Shown: positions 1 to 9,570 of the stretch, piece by piece
Layout of the letters: the number at the start of each line of letters is the position of its first letter
How positions within the stretch are numbered: the stretch's first letter is position 1
Position numbers and translations under genes: made by a program
Notes under the pieces: model-generated
What the model was told of the DNA's origin: nothing
The model's input: only the letters and a program-made list of their open reading frames with translations
Databases searched by the model: none
Assembly (NCBI GenBank): GCA_965221185.1
Contig: OZ244866.1
Coordinates: 1,289,992-1,353,991, forward strand
Source of the DNA: Candidatus Aldehydirespirator sp.
GTDB lineage: Bacteria > Actinomycetota > Acidimicrobiia > Acidimicrobiales > Aldehydirespiratoraceae
Reading direction: 5' to 3'
DNA: 64,000 nt

Positions 1-765
1 GTCGAGCACGGTTGTGGGCCGGGGTTCGGGGTGGTCTGAGAAGAAGCCGGACAGCTCGCGCCCGACCATATGGGCGATGAGAGTGTCGAGGCCCAGTTGC
101 TCGGTGGGCCAAGTACCAACGTGGTGGCCGTCGCGTAGGACCGAGACGCGATCCGTCACGGTCAGTACCTCCTCTAGGCGATGGCTGACGTATGCGACCG
201 CCAGGCCGCGCTGACTGAGCAGGCGCATTGCCGCGAACAAACGATCCGCATCTTCGCTGTCCAGGGCCGCCGTCGGCTCGTCGAGGAGAATCACGGAAGC
301 AGCGCCATAGATGGCGCGGCCGATCTCTACGAACTTCCGTTGAGTTGGTTTCAGCGCTCGCATCGGCAAGCGGACGTCGAGGTCCACGCCGAGCTCCGCG
401 AACACCGCCTCGGCCTGCTTGTGCGCGTCTCGCCAATTGACAAGGCCCTTACTGACCGGCGGCGACCCGAGGAGGACATTCTCGGTCACAGACAGGCCGA
501 GAGCCGACTGGAAGTGCTGGTGAACAACCGCGATCCCGCGTGCTCGGGCCTCCGAGGGCTCTGAGAACGTCACAACAGAGCCGTCTAAGACCATCTCTCC
601 CCGCTCCGGTGTAATCGCGCCGCCGACGATCCCGACGAGGGTCGACTTCCCGGCTCCGTTCTCCCCAACGACGCCGTGAATCTCGCCGTCGCGAAGCTCG
701 ATCGAGATGCCGTCAAGGGCCCGGACACCCGGATAGGCCTTGGAGATGTTCCTGAGGCTAAGCAT
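1..765 (-). CDS. sugar ABC transporter ATP-binding protein (partial, runs off window at position 1)
   Basis: Not in the ORF track because there is no in-window stop. My minus-strand translation from ATG 765..763 reads MLSLRNISKAYPGVRALDGISIELRDGEIHGVVGENGAGKSTLVGIVGG...VILLDEPTAALDSEDADRLF...AVAYVSHRLEEV. It has Walker A GENGAGKST, Walker B LLDEPT and H-loop VSHRL. The linker after the first ABC domain suggests a two-domain RbsA/MglA-type ATPase. Confidence 0.85.
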   Translation of the reverse strand, partial: MLSLRNISKAYPGVRALDGISIELRDGEIHGVVGENGAGKSTLVGIVGGAITPERGEMVLDGSVVTFSEPSEARARGIAVVHQHFQSALGLSVTENVLLGSPPVSKGLVNWRDAHKQAEAVFAELGVDLDVRLPMRALKPTQRKFVEIGRAIYGAASVILLDEPTAALDSEDADRLFAAMRLLSQRGLAVAYVSHRLEEVLTVTDRVSVLRDGHHVGTWPTEQLGLDTLIAHMVGRELSGFFSDHPEPRPTTVLD

Positions 766-980
766 CGCTAGCGACCGTAGATGGTGGCATGCTCGGGCGA
801 GGAACCGGGGTTACAGGCTCGATCGGCGTGTCGTCGCGGACGAAGTCCGAACACAACTTGGGGTGCATAATTCCAATGCACTATGGTCTTCGTCTAGACC
901 GACTGGTTGGCCAGCAGGACCGAAGGGTCCGGGCAATGCGCTGGCAGATGGACGCCAATGGCAGTGTCCTAGGAGGGGTT

Positions 981-2171
981 ATGAGGAAGTACCTGGCAGT
1001 CATGGCGGTATTCGCCGTAATGGCGGCGGCGTGTGGGGACGATGATGCGTCTACCCCTGAGCCCGCGGAAGCGCCTGCCGTTGAGGAGGCTCCCGCTGAG
1101 GAGGCTGCCGCTGAGGAACCTGCCGCTGAGGAACCCGCGGCTGAGGAGGCTCCCGCTGAGGAACCCGCCGCTGAGGAGGCTCCCGCTGGTCTGGTGGTGA
1201 CTGCGCCCGCTGCGACGGACAAGGCTCCCGAAGACCTGGTGTTCCGGTTCATGAACCAAATCGACGGTGTCCCCTTTTACCAGCGAGTGAACGAAGGAAT
1301 CGTCGCCGCGGGCGAGGACCTGGGCATTGGAGATGTGCTGATGACCGGCCCGGCCGGAGTCGATTCGGCGCTTCAGGTCGGAACGGTAGAGACCTGGATC
1401 ACGCAGGGCTTCGACGTGATCGCGGTGTCCAGCACGGACCCGTCCGCAATGACACCCACGATCAACAAGGCGGTCGATGATGGAATCGTGGTCGTGTCCT
1501 GGGATGTCGATGCTCCGGATTCGCAAAGGAGCATCTACGTCAACTACTGGGATCCAGTGGAAGGGCCCCGAGTGCTCTGGGACACGTTCATGGAGCTGCT
1601 CGGTGATACACGCGGTGAATACGCATTCATCACCACCGCCCTGACCTCCACGACGCACGCAGGCTGGCTCGACGCCATGGAGGAATACCAGCTAGAGGCA
1701 TTCCCAGAGATGACCCTGATCGCAACTGAATCGGCCGAGGGCAATCAGACCATCGGAAACGAGAAGGCTAAGGCGATCATTCAGGCCAATCCCGACATCG
1801 TCGGCCTAGTGTCGGTCGACGCAGGCGGCACCGTAGGAATCGCGCAAGCTACCGAAGAGCTCGACCTCGTGGGCGAGGTTGTGACGACCGGCCTATCGAC
1901 TCCGAGCCAGATGGTTCAATTCGTCGAGTCGGGCACGGTGCCCAAGTTCGTGCTCTGGGACCCCGCCGAGACCGGCTATCTCACCGTGGCGATCGCTTTC
2001 GAGCTCGTAAACGGGCGCGATCTCGTCGATGGTCAGGAGTTGGGGGTGGCACGAGGTGTGACTCGATCGATCCCGATCAAGGAGATCGCGGGCAAGCCGG
2101 GTTCTTACGAAGCGATTCAGGGACCGGCGCTCGTATTCGACATCAACAACGTCAACGACTTCGGATTCTGA
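981..2171 (+). CDS. sugar ABC transporter substrate-binding lipoprotein (Peripla_BP_4-like)
   Basis: Track ORF 789..2171. The likely start is ATG 981, preceded by AGGAGG (971-976). Signal/lipobox is MRKYLAVMAVFAVMAAAC, followed by a P/A/E linker and then a periplasmic sugar-binding fold (VSSTDPSAMTPTINKAVDDGIVVVSWD). It is divergent from the ABC ATPase. Confidence 0.8.
   Translation: MRKYLAVMAVFAVMAAACGDDDASTPEPAEAPAVEEAPAEEAAAEEPAAEEPAAEEAPAEEPAAEEAPAGLVVTAPAATDKAPEDLVFRFMNQIDGVPFYQRVNEGIVAAGEDLGIGDVLMTGPAGVDSALQVGTVETWITQGFDVIAVSSTDPSAMTPTINKAVDDGIVVVSWDVDAPDSQRSIYVNYWDPVEGPRVLWDTFMELLGDTRGEYAFITTALTSTTHAGWLDAMEEYQLEAFPEMTLIATESAEGNQTIGNEKAKAIIQANPDIVGLVSVDAGGTVGIAQATEELDLVGEVVTTGLSTPSQMVQFVESGTVPKFVLWDPAETGYLTVAIAFELVNGRDLVDGQELGVARGVTRSIPIKEIAGKPGSYEAIQGPALVFDINNVNDFGF
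1082..1187 (+). repeat. 15-nt periodic coding repeat (GCTGAGGAGGCTCCC-like) encoding a (P)AEE(A) linker
   Basis: Seen directly: gaggaggctcccgctgaggaggctgccgctgaggaacctgccgctgaggaacccgcggctgaggaggctcccgctgaggaacccgccgctgaggaggctcccgct. It translates to EEAPAEEAAAEEPAAEEPAAEEAPAEEPAAEEAPA. Confidence 0.9.
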
Positions 2172-2371
2172 TCCGCGCGCTGAGGCCCATGACACGGCCG
2201 CCGAGCCGCATCACGCGAGCTTGACGGTTCGTGTCATGGACCGGGTGCTCTATGTAACCGGACGCTCTATGTAGTTGTGAGCGTCGTCTCAGGAATCAGC
2301 GCTCGCATGCTCACGTATCCGACGATGAATTCGTGACGACGTTCGAGGTGCTGCAACGTTCGCCCTTATCG

Positions 2372-2992
2372 TTACATCGGTGCCATGGCGTCGCCCGGAA
2401 GTGGGCCGTCGGGGAACAGCGCATCTTGGAAACGCCGCCTGCCGTTGAGCCAGCGATCGATATCGGTGGCTTTCAGGCGGGCGTACTTCCCGACCTCTTG
2501 GTGGGGCAATACCCAGAAACGTTCCTCGTCGATGGCGTCCAGGCACGCCTGAGCGACGTCAGCAGCTTCGAGCACTCCGTCGCCGCTCGCCAGATTGCTC
2601 TCCCAATCTTCGCTCCCATCACCGACGGCATCGGGGCTGTTGGCCAAGATGTTGGTGCGTACGGCCTGCGGGCAAAGCACAGAGACCCGAATGCCCTGGT
2701 GGTGATGGGCTATGGCCAGAAACTCTGCGAGCGACACTGCGGCACTTTTGGTCACCGAGTATGCGAGTGAGCCGATCTGGGTCAGCAGGCCGGCCGCGCT
2801 GGCCGTGTTGAGCAGATAGCCGCCTTCGTTGGCGATCATCTGCGGCAAGACGCTGACCCGACCGATGGACATGCGTTCGGACGCATAGGCAGCGAAGGGC
2901 ACGATCCACCACGGCGGATCGTCCAGCACACAGGCCAGGTTCTGCGGTCTGCGGTTCACCGTCGGGGCCTTCGTCTTGCTCGACCTCTCCAA
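2372..2992 (-). pseudogene. SDR-family oxidoreductase, N-terminal Rossmann part missing
   Basis: Track ORF 206 aa. It contains the SDR catalytic region NTASAAGLLTQIGSLAYSVTKSAAVSLAEFLA...GIRVSVLCPQAVRTNI (S...YxxxK). No TGxxxGxG glycine-rich N-terminus is present, and homology fades near 2900-2990 next to an IS256 remnant. Confidence 0.65.
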
Positions 2993-3038
2993 TGATCTGG
3001 TCTCCGTCGATGTCGACGCCGAGAAGTTCTTCGAAGTA

Positions 3039-3209
3039 CTACATGGTCACCGTCGGGCCACACGGATCTGGCATAGCGGTCTCCATGGAGTCTTCGGAGA
3101 GGTAGCGGCGTGCGGTGGCCTGCCAATCGTCGCGGAGGTCGGTGAGGATGGCTCTGACCAACCGGATGGCTGAGGCCTCGTTGGGGGAGATCCCCACCAC
3201 GCGCGATCG
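3039..3209 (-). mobile_element. IS256-family (mutator-type) transposase C-terminal remnant
   Basis: Track ORF 3039..3275 contains RSRVVGISPNEASAIRLVRAILTDLRDDWQATARRYLSEDSM. This matches the conserved C-terminal VVGIFPN...RLVGAVL...EW...RRYL tail of IS256 transposases. Only about 55 aa are present. Confidence 0.6.
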
Positions 3210-3252
3210 GCCCCAGCGCGTGTGGTGGCCGAGCGATGATGGTTGAGTCGGT

Positions 3253-4575
3253 CTACCGGCGAATGTTGGAGTCAACCTCGTTGAGCCAGTTGCGCATCTC
3301 TTCGGGTATTTCGGGTGGGCGCAGTTGGCGAGCGAGGTTCTTGGTCGACACGGTCGTATGACCGGCTTGCTGCAGGGTCCTGTTCAGCGCGTTCAGTATC
3401 CTCTTGGCCGGATACTGGTGGAGGCGCCATTCGGGGTCCTCGGCTTGTGGCCTGAGTTCTCTGCTCGTATCACTGAAGGTGCGAGCCAGGTTCTTGCTGC
3501 CGGGTGGGCTGGAGAAATGGCGCTTCTCGGCGAACTGGCCCAGGATGTCGTCGGTCATGTTGTCTGTGATCGATGCCAGATGGGACGAGATGTAGGTCGG
3601 CGTTGTGTTTGACGCACGGGCTAGTGCCTCCGGGTCAAGCAGATAGTTCTCAAGCTCCTTCCGCTTCCAGATGTGGGCGTGGATGGCGATTGCTTCGAGA
3701 GTCGAGCGCACCTTGACGACTTCCTCATCGGGTCGATAGTCGCGATCGAGTAGCACAAATACCTCAACGGAGCCATCGAGGAAGTTTGAGACGAACCACT
3801 TGAAGGGTTCGACTTGGACCCAGTTGCTGAAGCCCTTGATCTCGATGACGGCGCAGTTGCGCTCGCCAGCTAGGTGATCGGCTCCGATGGTCTTCGCCAA
3901 TTCTCGGATGATGGACATGTCGTCGCCTTCTACAAAGACCACGGTTCGGGCACGGAGGGCCGTTGCGAGCCGCAGGTTGAAGCTTGAGCCGATCTGGGTC
4001 GAGAGATCCTCGAGCGATGCGGGCTTGGGTCGGCGAATGGCTCTGCTGCGGGTCTTGTCGACCCACACAACCGACTCTGAAGATGCCTCCGCGAGCATCT
4101 CGGATGAGTGGGTTGCGGTGATCGTCTGTGCTGCGGTTGAGTCGAGCAGTCTCACTAGACGTCGTTGGAGGTCAGCGTGTAGATATGGGGGCTGGCGCCG
4201 TGTTCGTCGCTGCGGGGCCGGTCTCACTAGACGTCGTTGGAGGTCAGCGTGTAGATAGAGGTCGGGCTCATCGAGGATCACTACATCTGCGGGCCGAAGG
4301 CGCCAGAGATGGGTCAGGATCTGTACGAAGATCTGTACGCCGTCGCCAACCCAGAAGAGCTCCTTCGGCGTCCTGTCGCCACGCTCTTGCACGAGCACGT
4401 CAAGTTCTAAATCGGCGAGCTCTCGACGCGTCGTGACCGAGAGTTTCTCGACTTCCGGGAGCCAGAAGGTCACGAACTCGTTGAATTCGTCGAACTCCCC
4501 GTCGCGTCTGATCAAGAGAAGCTGGTTGCGAGCATGCTGGCTGGACCTTCTGCCCTGGGAATTCTGTCGAACGTA
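3253..4575 (-). pseudogene. OLD/DUF4435-like ATPase-TOPRIM protein, N-terminal (Walker A) part missing
   Basis: This is the lower part of the chimeric 573-aa track ORF. It has Walker B VVILDEPDLYLH, an ATHS H-loop-like motif, then VVFVEGDDMSIIREL...VFVLLDRDYRPDEE (TOPRIM/DUF4435-like acidic motifs). The protein-like sequence stops at about 4575, at the ISL3 inverted repeat. No P-loop was found. Confidence 0.55.
4149..4257. repeat. 37-bp direct repeat pair spaced 72 bp apart (in-frame duplication inside the ATPase remnant)
   Basis: gtctcactagacgtcgttggaggtcagcgtgtagata occurs at 4149-4185 and again at 4221-4257, separated by a 35-bp spacer. The result is YLHADLQRRLVR-PAPQRRTRRQPP-YLHADLQRRLVR in the protein. 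Confidence 0.9.
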
Positions 4576-4595
4576 CTGTGGCGGCTCTTCGGATT

Positions 4596-4727
4596 TCAGG
4601 GTGGAGTGAGGGTGTCGAGGAGGGCCCAGTTGGGTTTGCCGGCGTAGAGCAGGGCCCGGATGCGGTAGTTGTCGAAGTTGGTGAATCCGAAGGCGGCGCG
4701 TTTGACGCGTTTGATCAGGTTGTTGGC
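4596..4727 (-). pseudogene. ISL3 transposase, 3' piece (last 43 codons)
   Basis: My translation is ANNLIKRVKRAAFGFTNFDNYRIRALLYAGKPNWALLDTLTPP*. This is the canonical ISL3 C-terminal tail. Confidence 0.8.
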
Positions 4728-4729
4728 TG

Positions 4730-5170
4730 TTATCTGGGGGGCTGGACGCTGTGGTGGTTCGGAGCTTGGGTTTCATGTGGGAGACATGTCGCTGACGGGG
4801 CGGGGATGCGGCTTTGGCGCCGGTGGCCGAGGTGCTGGGCGAGGTGTTCTCGGAGTTGGTGGTTGTCGGCCTTGAGCCTGGTGATCTCGTCGAGGGCGGC
4901 CTCGAGGCGTTGTCGCAGCGATTCGGCTGATCCTCGTTCAGGTGATGGAACGGGGACAGCCTGGGCTGTGGCAACTCGGCGGAGCCGGTCGATGTCGGCT
5001 CGCAGATCGGGCTGGCGGTAGAGCCAGGACCGGGACACGCCTGCTGTGCGGGCGACGTGTGCGAACGTGATCGGTTGCGCGGTGGCGTGGAGGCGCTGTA
5101 GCGCTTCGGTGGCGCGTTGGCGGGTCTGGTCGGAGCGTTGTCGGGCGGCAGCGGCGAGGGCGGCGGTCAC
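4730..5170 (-). CDS. small TnpC-like / DUF6262-like protein
   Basis: GTG 5170 overlaps the stop of the upstream recombinase (GTGA). The product is VTAALAAAARQRSDQTRQRATEALQRLHATAQPITFAHVARTAGVSRSWLYRQPDLRADIDRLR...LEAALDEITRLKADNHQLREHL, an HTH followed by a coiled coil. This is typical of third genes in two-recombinase transposons. Confidence 0.55.
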   Translation of the reverse strand: MTAALAAAARQRSDQTRQRATEALQRLHATAQPITFAHVARTAGVSRSWLYRQPDLRADIDRLRRVATAQAVPVPSPERGSAESLRQRLEAALDEITRLKADNHQLREHLAQHLGHRRQSRIPAPSATCLPHETQAPNHHSVQPPR

Positions 5171-7119
5171 GGGGTGGTGTCTCCAATGTCTTCGAGCGCG
5201 GCGATGAGCCGGTCGAGGTTGTCGTGGACTTGGCGATGGTTGTCGGCGAGCCGGAACCGGCCGTCGGCTTCGGCGGTGGCGACGAGCAGCCGGGTCTCGT
5301 CGCGTTGGCGGCGGTGGATGTCGAGGAACGCCGGGGTTGTCTGGAAGTCGGGGCAGGTGAGGCAGGCGTTGGGGTGGGGGCAGTCCTGTTGTGGTGGGCG
5401 TCCGCAGTAGCCGTTGGGCAGGCTGGCCTGGACGCGGGCCATGTTGTGCTTGGTCCACTCGGCTTCGGCGGTGAGTGCGCCGGGGTCGTGGGCGATGCGT
5501 TCTCCGGCGAGGTTGACCCGCTGCTGGCAGTAGTCGTCGAAGGCTGCGCGGACGGTGGTGTCATGGAGCGCGGCGTAGCGGGCGGTCATCTGGGGGCTGG
5601 CATGGCCGAGGAGCCGCTGGATGACGTGTTGGGGGACGCCCGTGTTGATCAGCCGGGTGCCGAAGGTGTGGCGAAACTGGTGGGCGGTGACCCGCACGGG
5701 CCGCCCGGTGTCGTCGCGCAGGTCGATGTCGTGTTGCCAGCGGGCCAGACGCCCCCGCAGCGTGGCGTAGCTGAACGGCCGGGTCGCGTCGGGGTTGGAT
5801 CGCGGGGCGGGGAACAGCACCGGCGAGGCGCCGGGCCAGCGGTGGAGTAGATGCGTCTGTTGGGCGCGGATGGCTTCGGCGGCGGCGGCGCTGAGGGGCA
5901 CGAGCTGCTCGGCGGCCATCTTGGTGTTGAAGTAGCGAAGGCAGGGCCACCCGGCGCTGTCTTCGATGATCGGGTTGAACGGCAGCGAGCAGGCGTCGTT
6001 GGCCCGCAGGCCGGTCTCCATGATCACGATGACCAGCGCCCGGGTCGTGGCGTCGGGCAGCATTGCGAGGCGTTCGGGGTCTTCGAGCTGGGCCATGACG
6101 AACTCGGGGATGAACCGGGGCAGGGGCCGGGGTCGGCTGGGCAGGTCGTCGTGATAGATCGCTGCCGTCGCGGGCAGTCGCGGCAGCCAGCCGTGGCGTC
6201 GGCAGGCATCGAGAAAGACCCGTAGACACGTGATGTAGGTGCTGGAGGTGTGAGCAGCGAGATGTGAGGCGGCGACCCACACCAGATAGGACTCCAGCGC
6301 GTCGCGGGTGACGACAGCCTCGTCGCAGGCCCGGGGATCGCGTCGGGCGAGGAACCGGCTGAACCACAGCATCGCCCGCACATCGACATGCACGCTGCCG
6401 AAGGTCTTGCCCGACCCCAGCCGAAGCCTCGCCCAGCGCTTCACCGCGGCGCGCAGCCACGGCTGGTCGATGGTGTCAAAACGGGTCTGAGCCGGCGACC
6501 GGGTCATCTTGATCCCCAGCCGCGAGGCGACCCAGACGTCCGACGCGTACTCGGCTTCGATGTCGATGCCGCCGAGGTCGCTGAGGCACCGGTAGGCGTA
6601 GCGGATGAGCCCAATCACAGGGCTCGGGTCCCTGCGGCCCCGGGACCTCACCTCATCTAGCCAGTCCTCCAGCGGCCGGTCCAGCAGCGAGCCGGCGCCG
6701 CTGTCGGCCACCAGAGCGACCAAATGCCTCACCGTCGAGGGCGGCACCCTCACAGTGCGGTCGTCGTGGCGGCACTGCAGCACGTACGCGACCTCCAAGC
6801 GGGCCCCGACGGCCAACGCCGACAGATCGAAGCCATCCACGTTCTCTGAGCCGGCCCGGACCGCGACCGCAGCGGCGCCCGCCTTGAACTCCCCGAGGTC
6901 GGGCTTGCCGTGGCTGGCCCACCGTTGGTGGTGAGCCCCGCACAGATCCCGCGCCCAGGCGCTGCGCCCGCATCCCGCCACCCCGCAGCGGCCCCGACCG
7001 AACACCGGGTCCTCGGGCGACACCCGGATCACCTCGCCGCAGAACTCCGGGCGCACAGCCGCCACGAGCCCGCCCAAATGGTCGCCGCGGCCGCTGCGGG
7101 CGGCGACGGCGCTCAGCAT
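5167..7119 (-). CDS. tyrosine recombinase, TnpB-like (650 aa)
   Basis: The C-terminal catalytic region is HQFRHTFGTRLINTGVPQHVIQRLLGHASPQMTARYAAL (HxxR...H...Y). There is an N-terminal Cys-rich region. The start overlaps the stop of the upstream recombinase. Confidence 0.8.
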   Translation of the reverse strand: MLSAVAARSGRGDHLGGLVAAVRPEFCGEVIRVSPEDPVFGRGRCGVAGCGRSAWARDLCGAHHQRWASHGKPDLGEFKAGAAAVAVRAGSENVDGFDLSALAVGARLEVAYVLQCRHDDRTVRVPPSTVRHLVALVADSGAGSLLDRPLEDWLDEVRSRGRRDPSPVIGLIRYAYRCLSDLGGIDIEAEYASDVWVASRLGIKMTRSPAQTRFDTIDQPWLRAAVKRWARLRLGSGKTFGSVHVDVRAMLWFSRFLARRDPRACDEAVVTRDALESYLVWVAASHLAAHTSSTYITCLRVFLDACRRHGWLPRLPATAAIYHDDLPSRPRPLPRFIPEFVMAQLEDPERLAMLPDATTRALVIVIMETGLRANDACSLPFNPIIEDSAGWPCLRYFNTKMAAEQLVPLSAAAAEAIRAQQTHLLHRWPGASPVLFPAPRSNPDATRPFSYATLRGRLARWQHDIDLRDDTGRPVRVTAHQFRHTFGTRLINTGVPQHVIQRLLGHASPQMTARYAALHDTTVRAAFDDYCQQRVNLAGERIAHDPGALTAEAEWTKHNMARVQASLPNGYCGRPPQQDCPHPNACLTCPDFQTTPAFLDIHRRQRDETRLLVATAEADGRFRLADNHRQVHDNLDRLIAALEDIGDTTP

Positions 7120-8183
7120 GAGACGCCGTCCCAGGCGCCCGCACGCACCAGCTCGGACCGCAGGTCCTCGACATCGAGGTGCACATACGCTTCGCTGGTC
7201 GTGGTCACCGACCGGTGCGTCAACAGCTTGGACACGACCTCGATCGGCACACCGGCGCGGATCAGCTCGGTGGCGCGGCTGTGGCGCAGCGTGTGCGGGG
7301 TGAACTCGATGCCCGTGCGGGCTCGCAGCCGCCGCACCAGCTTCGCGACCGTGTCATAGCGCAGCGGCCTGCCCACCGGCGCCGACCACAGGTTCACGAA
7401 CACGTAGTCAGAGTCCAGCTCGCCGTACTCGGTGTGCATGTAATCGCTGTAGAGCCGCACCAGCGGCGCCGACACCGGCACCGTCGCCGGCGACGAGCAC
7501 TTGGCCCGGGCCCCATTCGCGTTGTCGGCCCGGGCCACGATGCGCACCTGCCGCCGGCGGCTCACGAAGTCCTCGTGTCGCAAACCAAGCGCCTGGCCGA
7601 CCCGCATGCCCGTCTCGGCCAACAAGGCGAACAAGAACCGGTCCCGCAGCCGGGTGCACGCCGCCAAGATCACAGCGACCTCCTCGACGCCGAGCACAGC
7701 CGGCAGCCGCCGCGGCACACGCAGCCCCACCGGCCGCGTGCGAACCGGCCCGTCACTCGCGATGCCGTGCAAGAACGGCTTGTAGGAACCCCGAGACCCG
7801 CGCCGCCACGCCACCAACTCCGCCGCCACGCCCACGCCGCCGCTGCGAGCGTGGAAGTCGTAGAACCCAAACAGCGCGGCCAGGTGACGGTTCACCGTCG
7901 CCGCGCTGCGAACCGCCGCCGTGTCATCGAACACGATCACGTTGTCGGCCGGAGCCCGCAGCCATGCCACGAACCGCGAGACATCCTCGATCCCAACGCT
8001 GTCCCAGACCAGGCGACGGGCCCCGAGGAACTCAAACCAAAGCCGCAGACCGTGCGCGTAGGCCCTCACCGTGTTCGGTGAACGCTCGATGCCTGCCAGG
8101 TGCGCCAGGTAGCGCTCCACCGGCTCCACCAGAGCCCATTCGTCGTCGACGACCGTCCAAGACTCGGCGCCGGTCACCGGCAT
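7113..8183 (-). CDS. tyrosine recombinase, TnpA-like (357 aa)
   Basis: The start was chosen at ATG 8183 (MPVTGAESWTVVDDEW...), because upstream track-ORF residues lie in ISL3 DNA. It has a SAM-like N-domain (RSPNTVRAYAHGLRLWFEFL) and catalytic HTLRHSRATELIRAGVPIEVVSKLLTHRSVTTTSEAYVHL. Confidence 0.8.
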   Translation of the reverse strand: MPVTGAESWTVVDDEWALVEPVERYLAHLAGIERSPNTVRAYAHGLRLWFEFLGARRLVWDSVGIEDVSRFVAWLRAPADNVIVFDDTAAVRSAATVNRHLAALFGFYDFHARSGGVGVAAELVAWRRGSRGSYKPFLHGIASDGPVRTRPVGLRVPRRLPAVLGVEEVAVILAACTRLRDRFLFALLAETGMRVGQALGLRHEDFVSRRRQVRIVARADNANGARAKCSSPATVPVSAPLVRLYSDYMHTEYGELDSDYVFVNLWSAPVGRPLRYDTVAKLVRRLRARTGIEFTPHTLRHSRATELIRAGVPIEVVSKLLTHRSVTTTSEAYVHLDVEDLRSELVRAGAWDGVSC

Positions 8184-8382
8184 CACCACACGCTGAACCC
8201 TCACAGGCCACCTCCACCGCATCTCGACCGGCGACCGCAGGCCGAAGGAAGCGCTGTCTAGCTCACGCCGCCAGCAACATCGCGGACTCCAACGACACGA
8301 TCCAGAGAACGCGTCCACCACCGCCCGCCACATGCCCATCAGCGACATCGACGACACCCCCCGACACGCTCCAGAGAATGGT

Positions 8383-9570
8383 GGCCTCGGTGGCTGCGTT
8401 GGTGACCCTGGCGGCGTGCCAGTTGGCGATCTGGTGTCTCCAGTTCGAGATGGTGCGTCCCAGCCTGTTGATCTCGGGGGGCATGGCGGGGTCTTGGAGG
8501 TCTTGGGCGAGTTGGTTGACGGTGGCGGCGCCCAGGTCGGCGTCATCGATGTCATAGATGCCGCGCAGGGTCTCTTTGGCGTGCCATGCGTCTTTGACCT
8601 CGCCGTAGGGGTCTCCGGCTGCGAGCAGGCCGCGCAGGCGGGTGTCGCCTGATTCGGTGACGCGTTCGTGCGCGGCGACGAGCAGCTTGCGGGCGCGGTA
8701 CAGCGGGTCGTGCTTGTGACCGCGATGGCCCAGGGTCTGGTTCTGGACTCGGCGGCGGACCTCGTCGAGGGCGTCGTTGCCCAATCTCACGACGTGGAAC
8801 GGGTCCGCGACCTGCTTCGCGGCGGGCAGCGCGGTGTCGAACGCGGCCCGATACGGGCCCGAGAGGTCCAACACCGCCCAGCGCACCGCTGCCAGCCAGC
8901 TCTGTGGTCGCCGCAGCAGCCAGCGCGCAGGCCCATCAGCGGTGCGGCCTGGGACCACGTCGAGAAGCTGGCCCCGCGCGACGTCGACGATGCTGGTGCT
9001 CCAGGCCCGCTGAGCGAAGCGGCCCCGGCGACAGAACAGGGTCTCATCGAGGCCCAGCGCCACCACCGCGGCGATCCTGTCGGCATCCGCGTCCAATAGG
9101 GCCTGACCCCAGCGCCTCACCGACGCGTTGACGGTGTGCCAGTCACAGCCCAGCACCGCCGCGGTGTCCGCTATCGCTTCGCCACGACCGGCGCGGCGAG
9201 TCGCCCAACGGCCAGCGCGGGCAGTCAACAGCGCCCGCTGCGGCGCGATGGCAGGGTCCTGCTCACTGAACGAGCCCGCCGCGCACCCCGAGCGCGGGCA
9301 TCGCCAGCGGCGCTTGTGCCACACCAGCCGCACCGGCCGCCCGAACGCCGGCAGGTCTACCATTTCGACGCCGCGTTCGCCCTTGGACCACACCGGCCCG
9401 CCACAGCCCCCACAGCACGGCCGACGCTGTCGACACCGGATGTGCACCCGCAACGGCCCTCCAGCGGCATCATCGACGCCGAGCACCTCCACGTCGCCTA
9501 GTCCCACCAGCAACTCGCAGACGCGCGTAGGGTCACACTCCACAGGGATCCTCCCGATTCGGCTGTCCAA
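8383..9570 (-). pseudogene. ISL3 transposase, 5' piece (396 codons)
   Basis: The track ORF 8263..9570 reads like an ISL3 transposase: a zinc-ribbon region (CGGCGGPVWSKGE...WRCPRSGC), then DETLF..., ...DPFHVVRL, ...NWHAARVTNAATEA. After codon 8385-8383 the sequence becomes unrelated (TILWSVSGG...). Confidence 0.8.

Larger units (their letters stand above)
4728..8382 (-). mobile_element. Tn554-like element (two tyrosine recombinases plus a small third gene) inserted in the ISL3 transposase
   Basis: Boundaries are inferred. Deleting 4728..8382 (3655 bp, 1 mod 3) joins ...VTNAATEA (codon 8385-8383) to ANNLIKRVKR... (codon 4727-4725) in frame. The three genes overlap each other (ATGA/GTGA-type junctions). 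No terminal inverted repeats are seen, as expected for Tn554-type elements. Confidence 0.65.

Noticed and set aside
2187-2239. The 10-bp perfect inverted repeat CCATGACACG...CGTGTCATGG after the substrate-binding gene as a terminator
   Set aside because: The loop is 33 nt and no T-tract follows, so it is not a convincing intrinsic terminator. It could be a protein-binding palindrome, but I cannot support that.
3253-4974. The 573-aa track ORF considered as a single gene
   Set aside because: It is a chimera. Only residues encoded by about 3253-4575 look like a real ATPase/TOPRIM-like protein. Upstream the frame runs through the ISL3 inverted repeat, the ISL3 tail in a wrong frame, and the Tn554-like end, giving P/R/S/T-rich junk.
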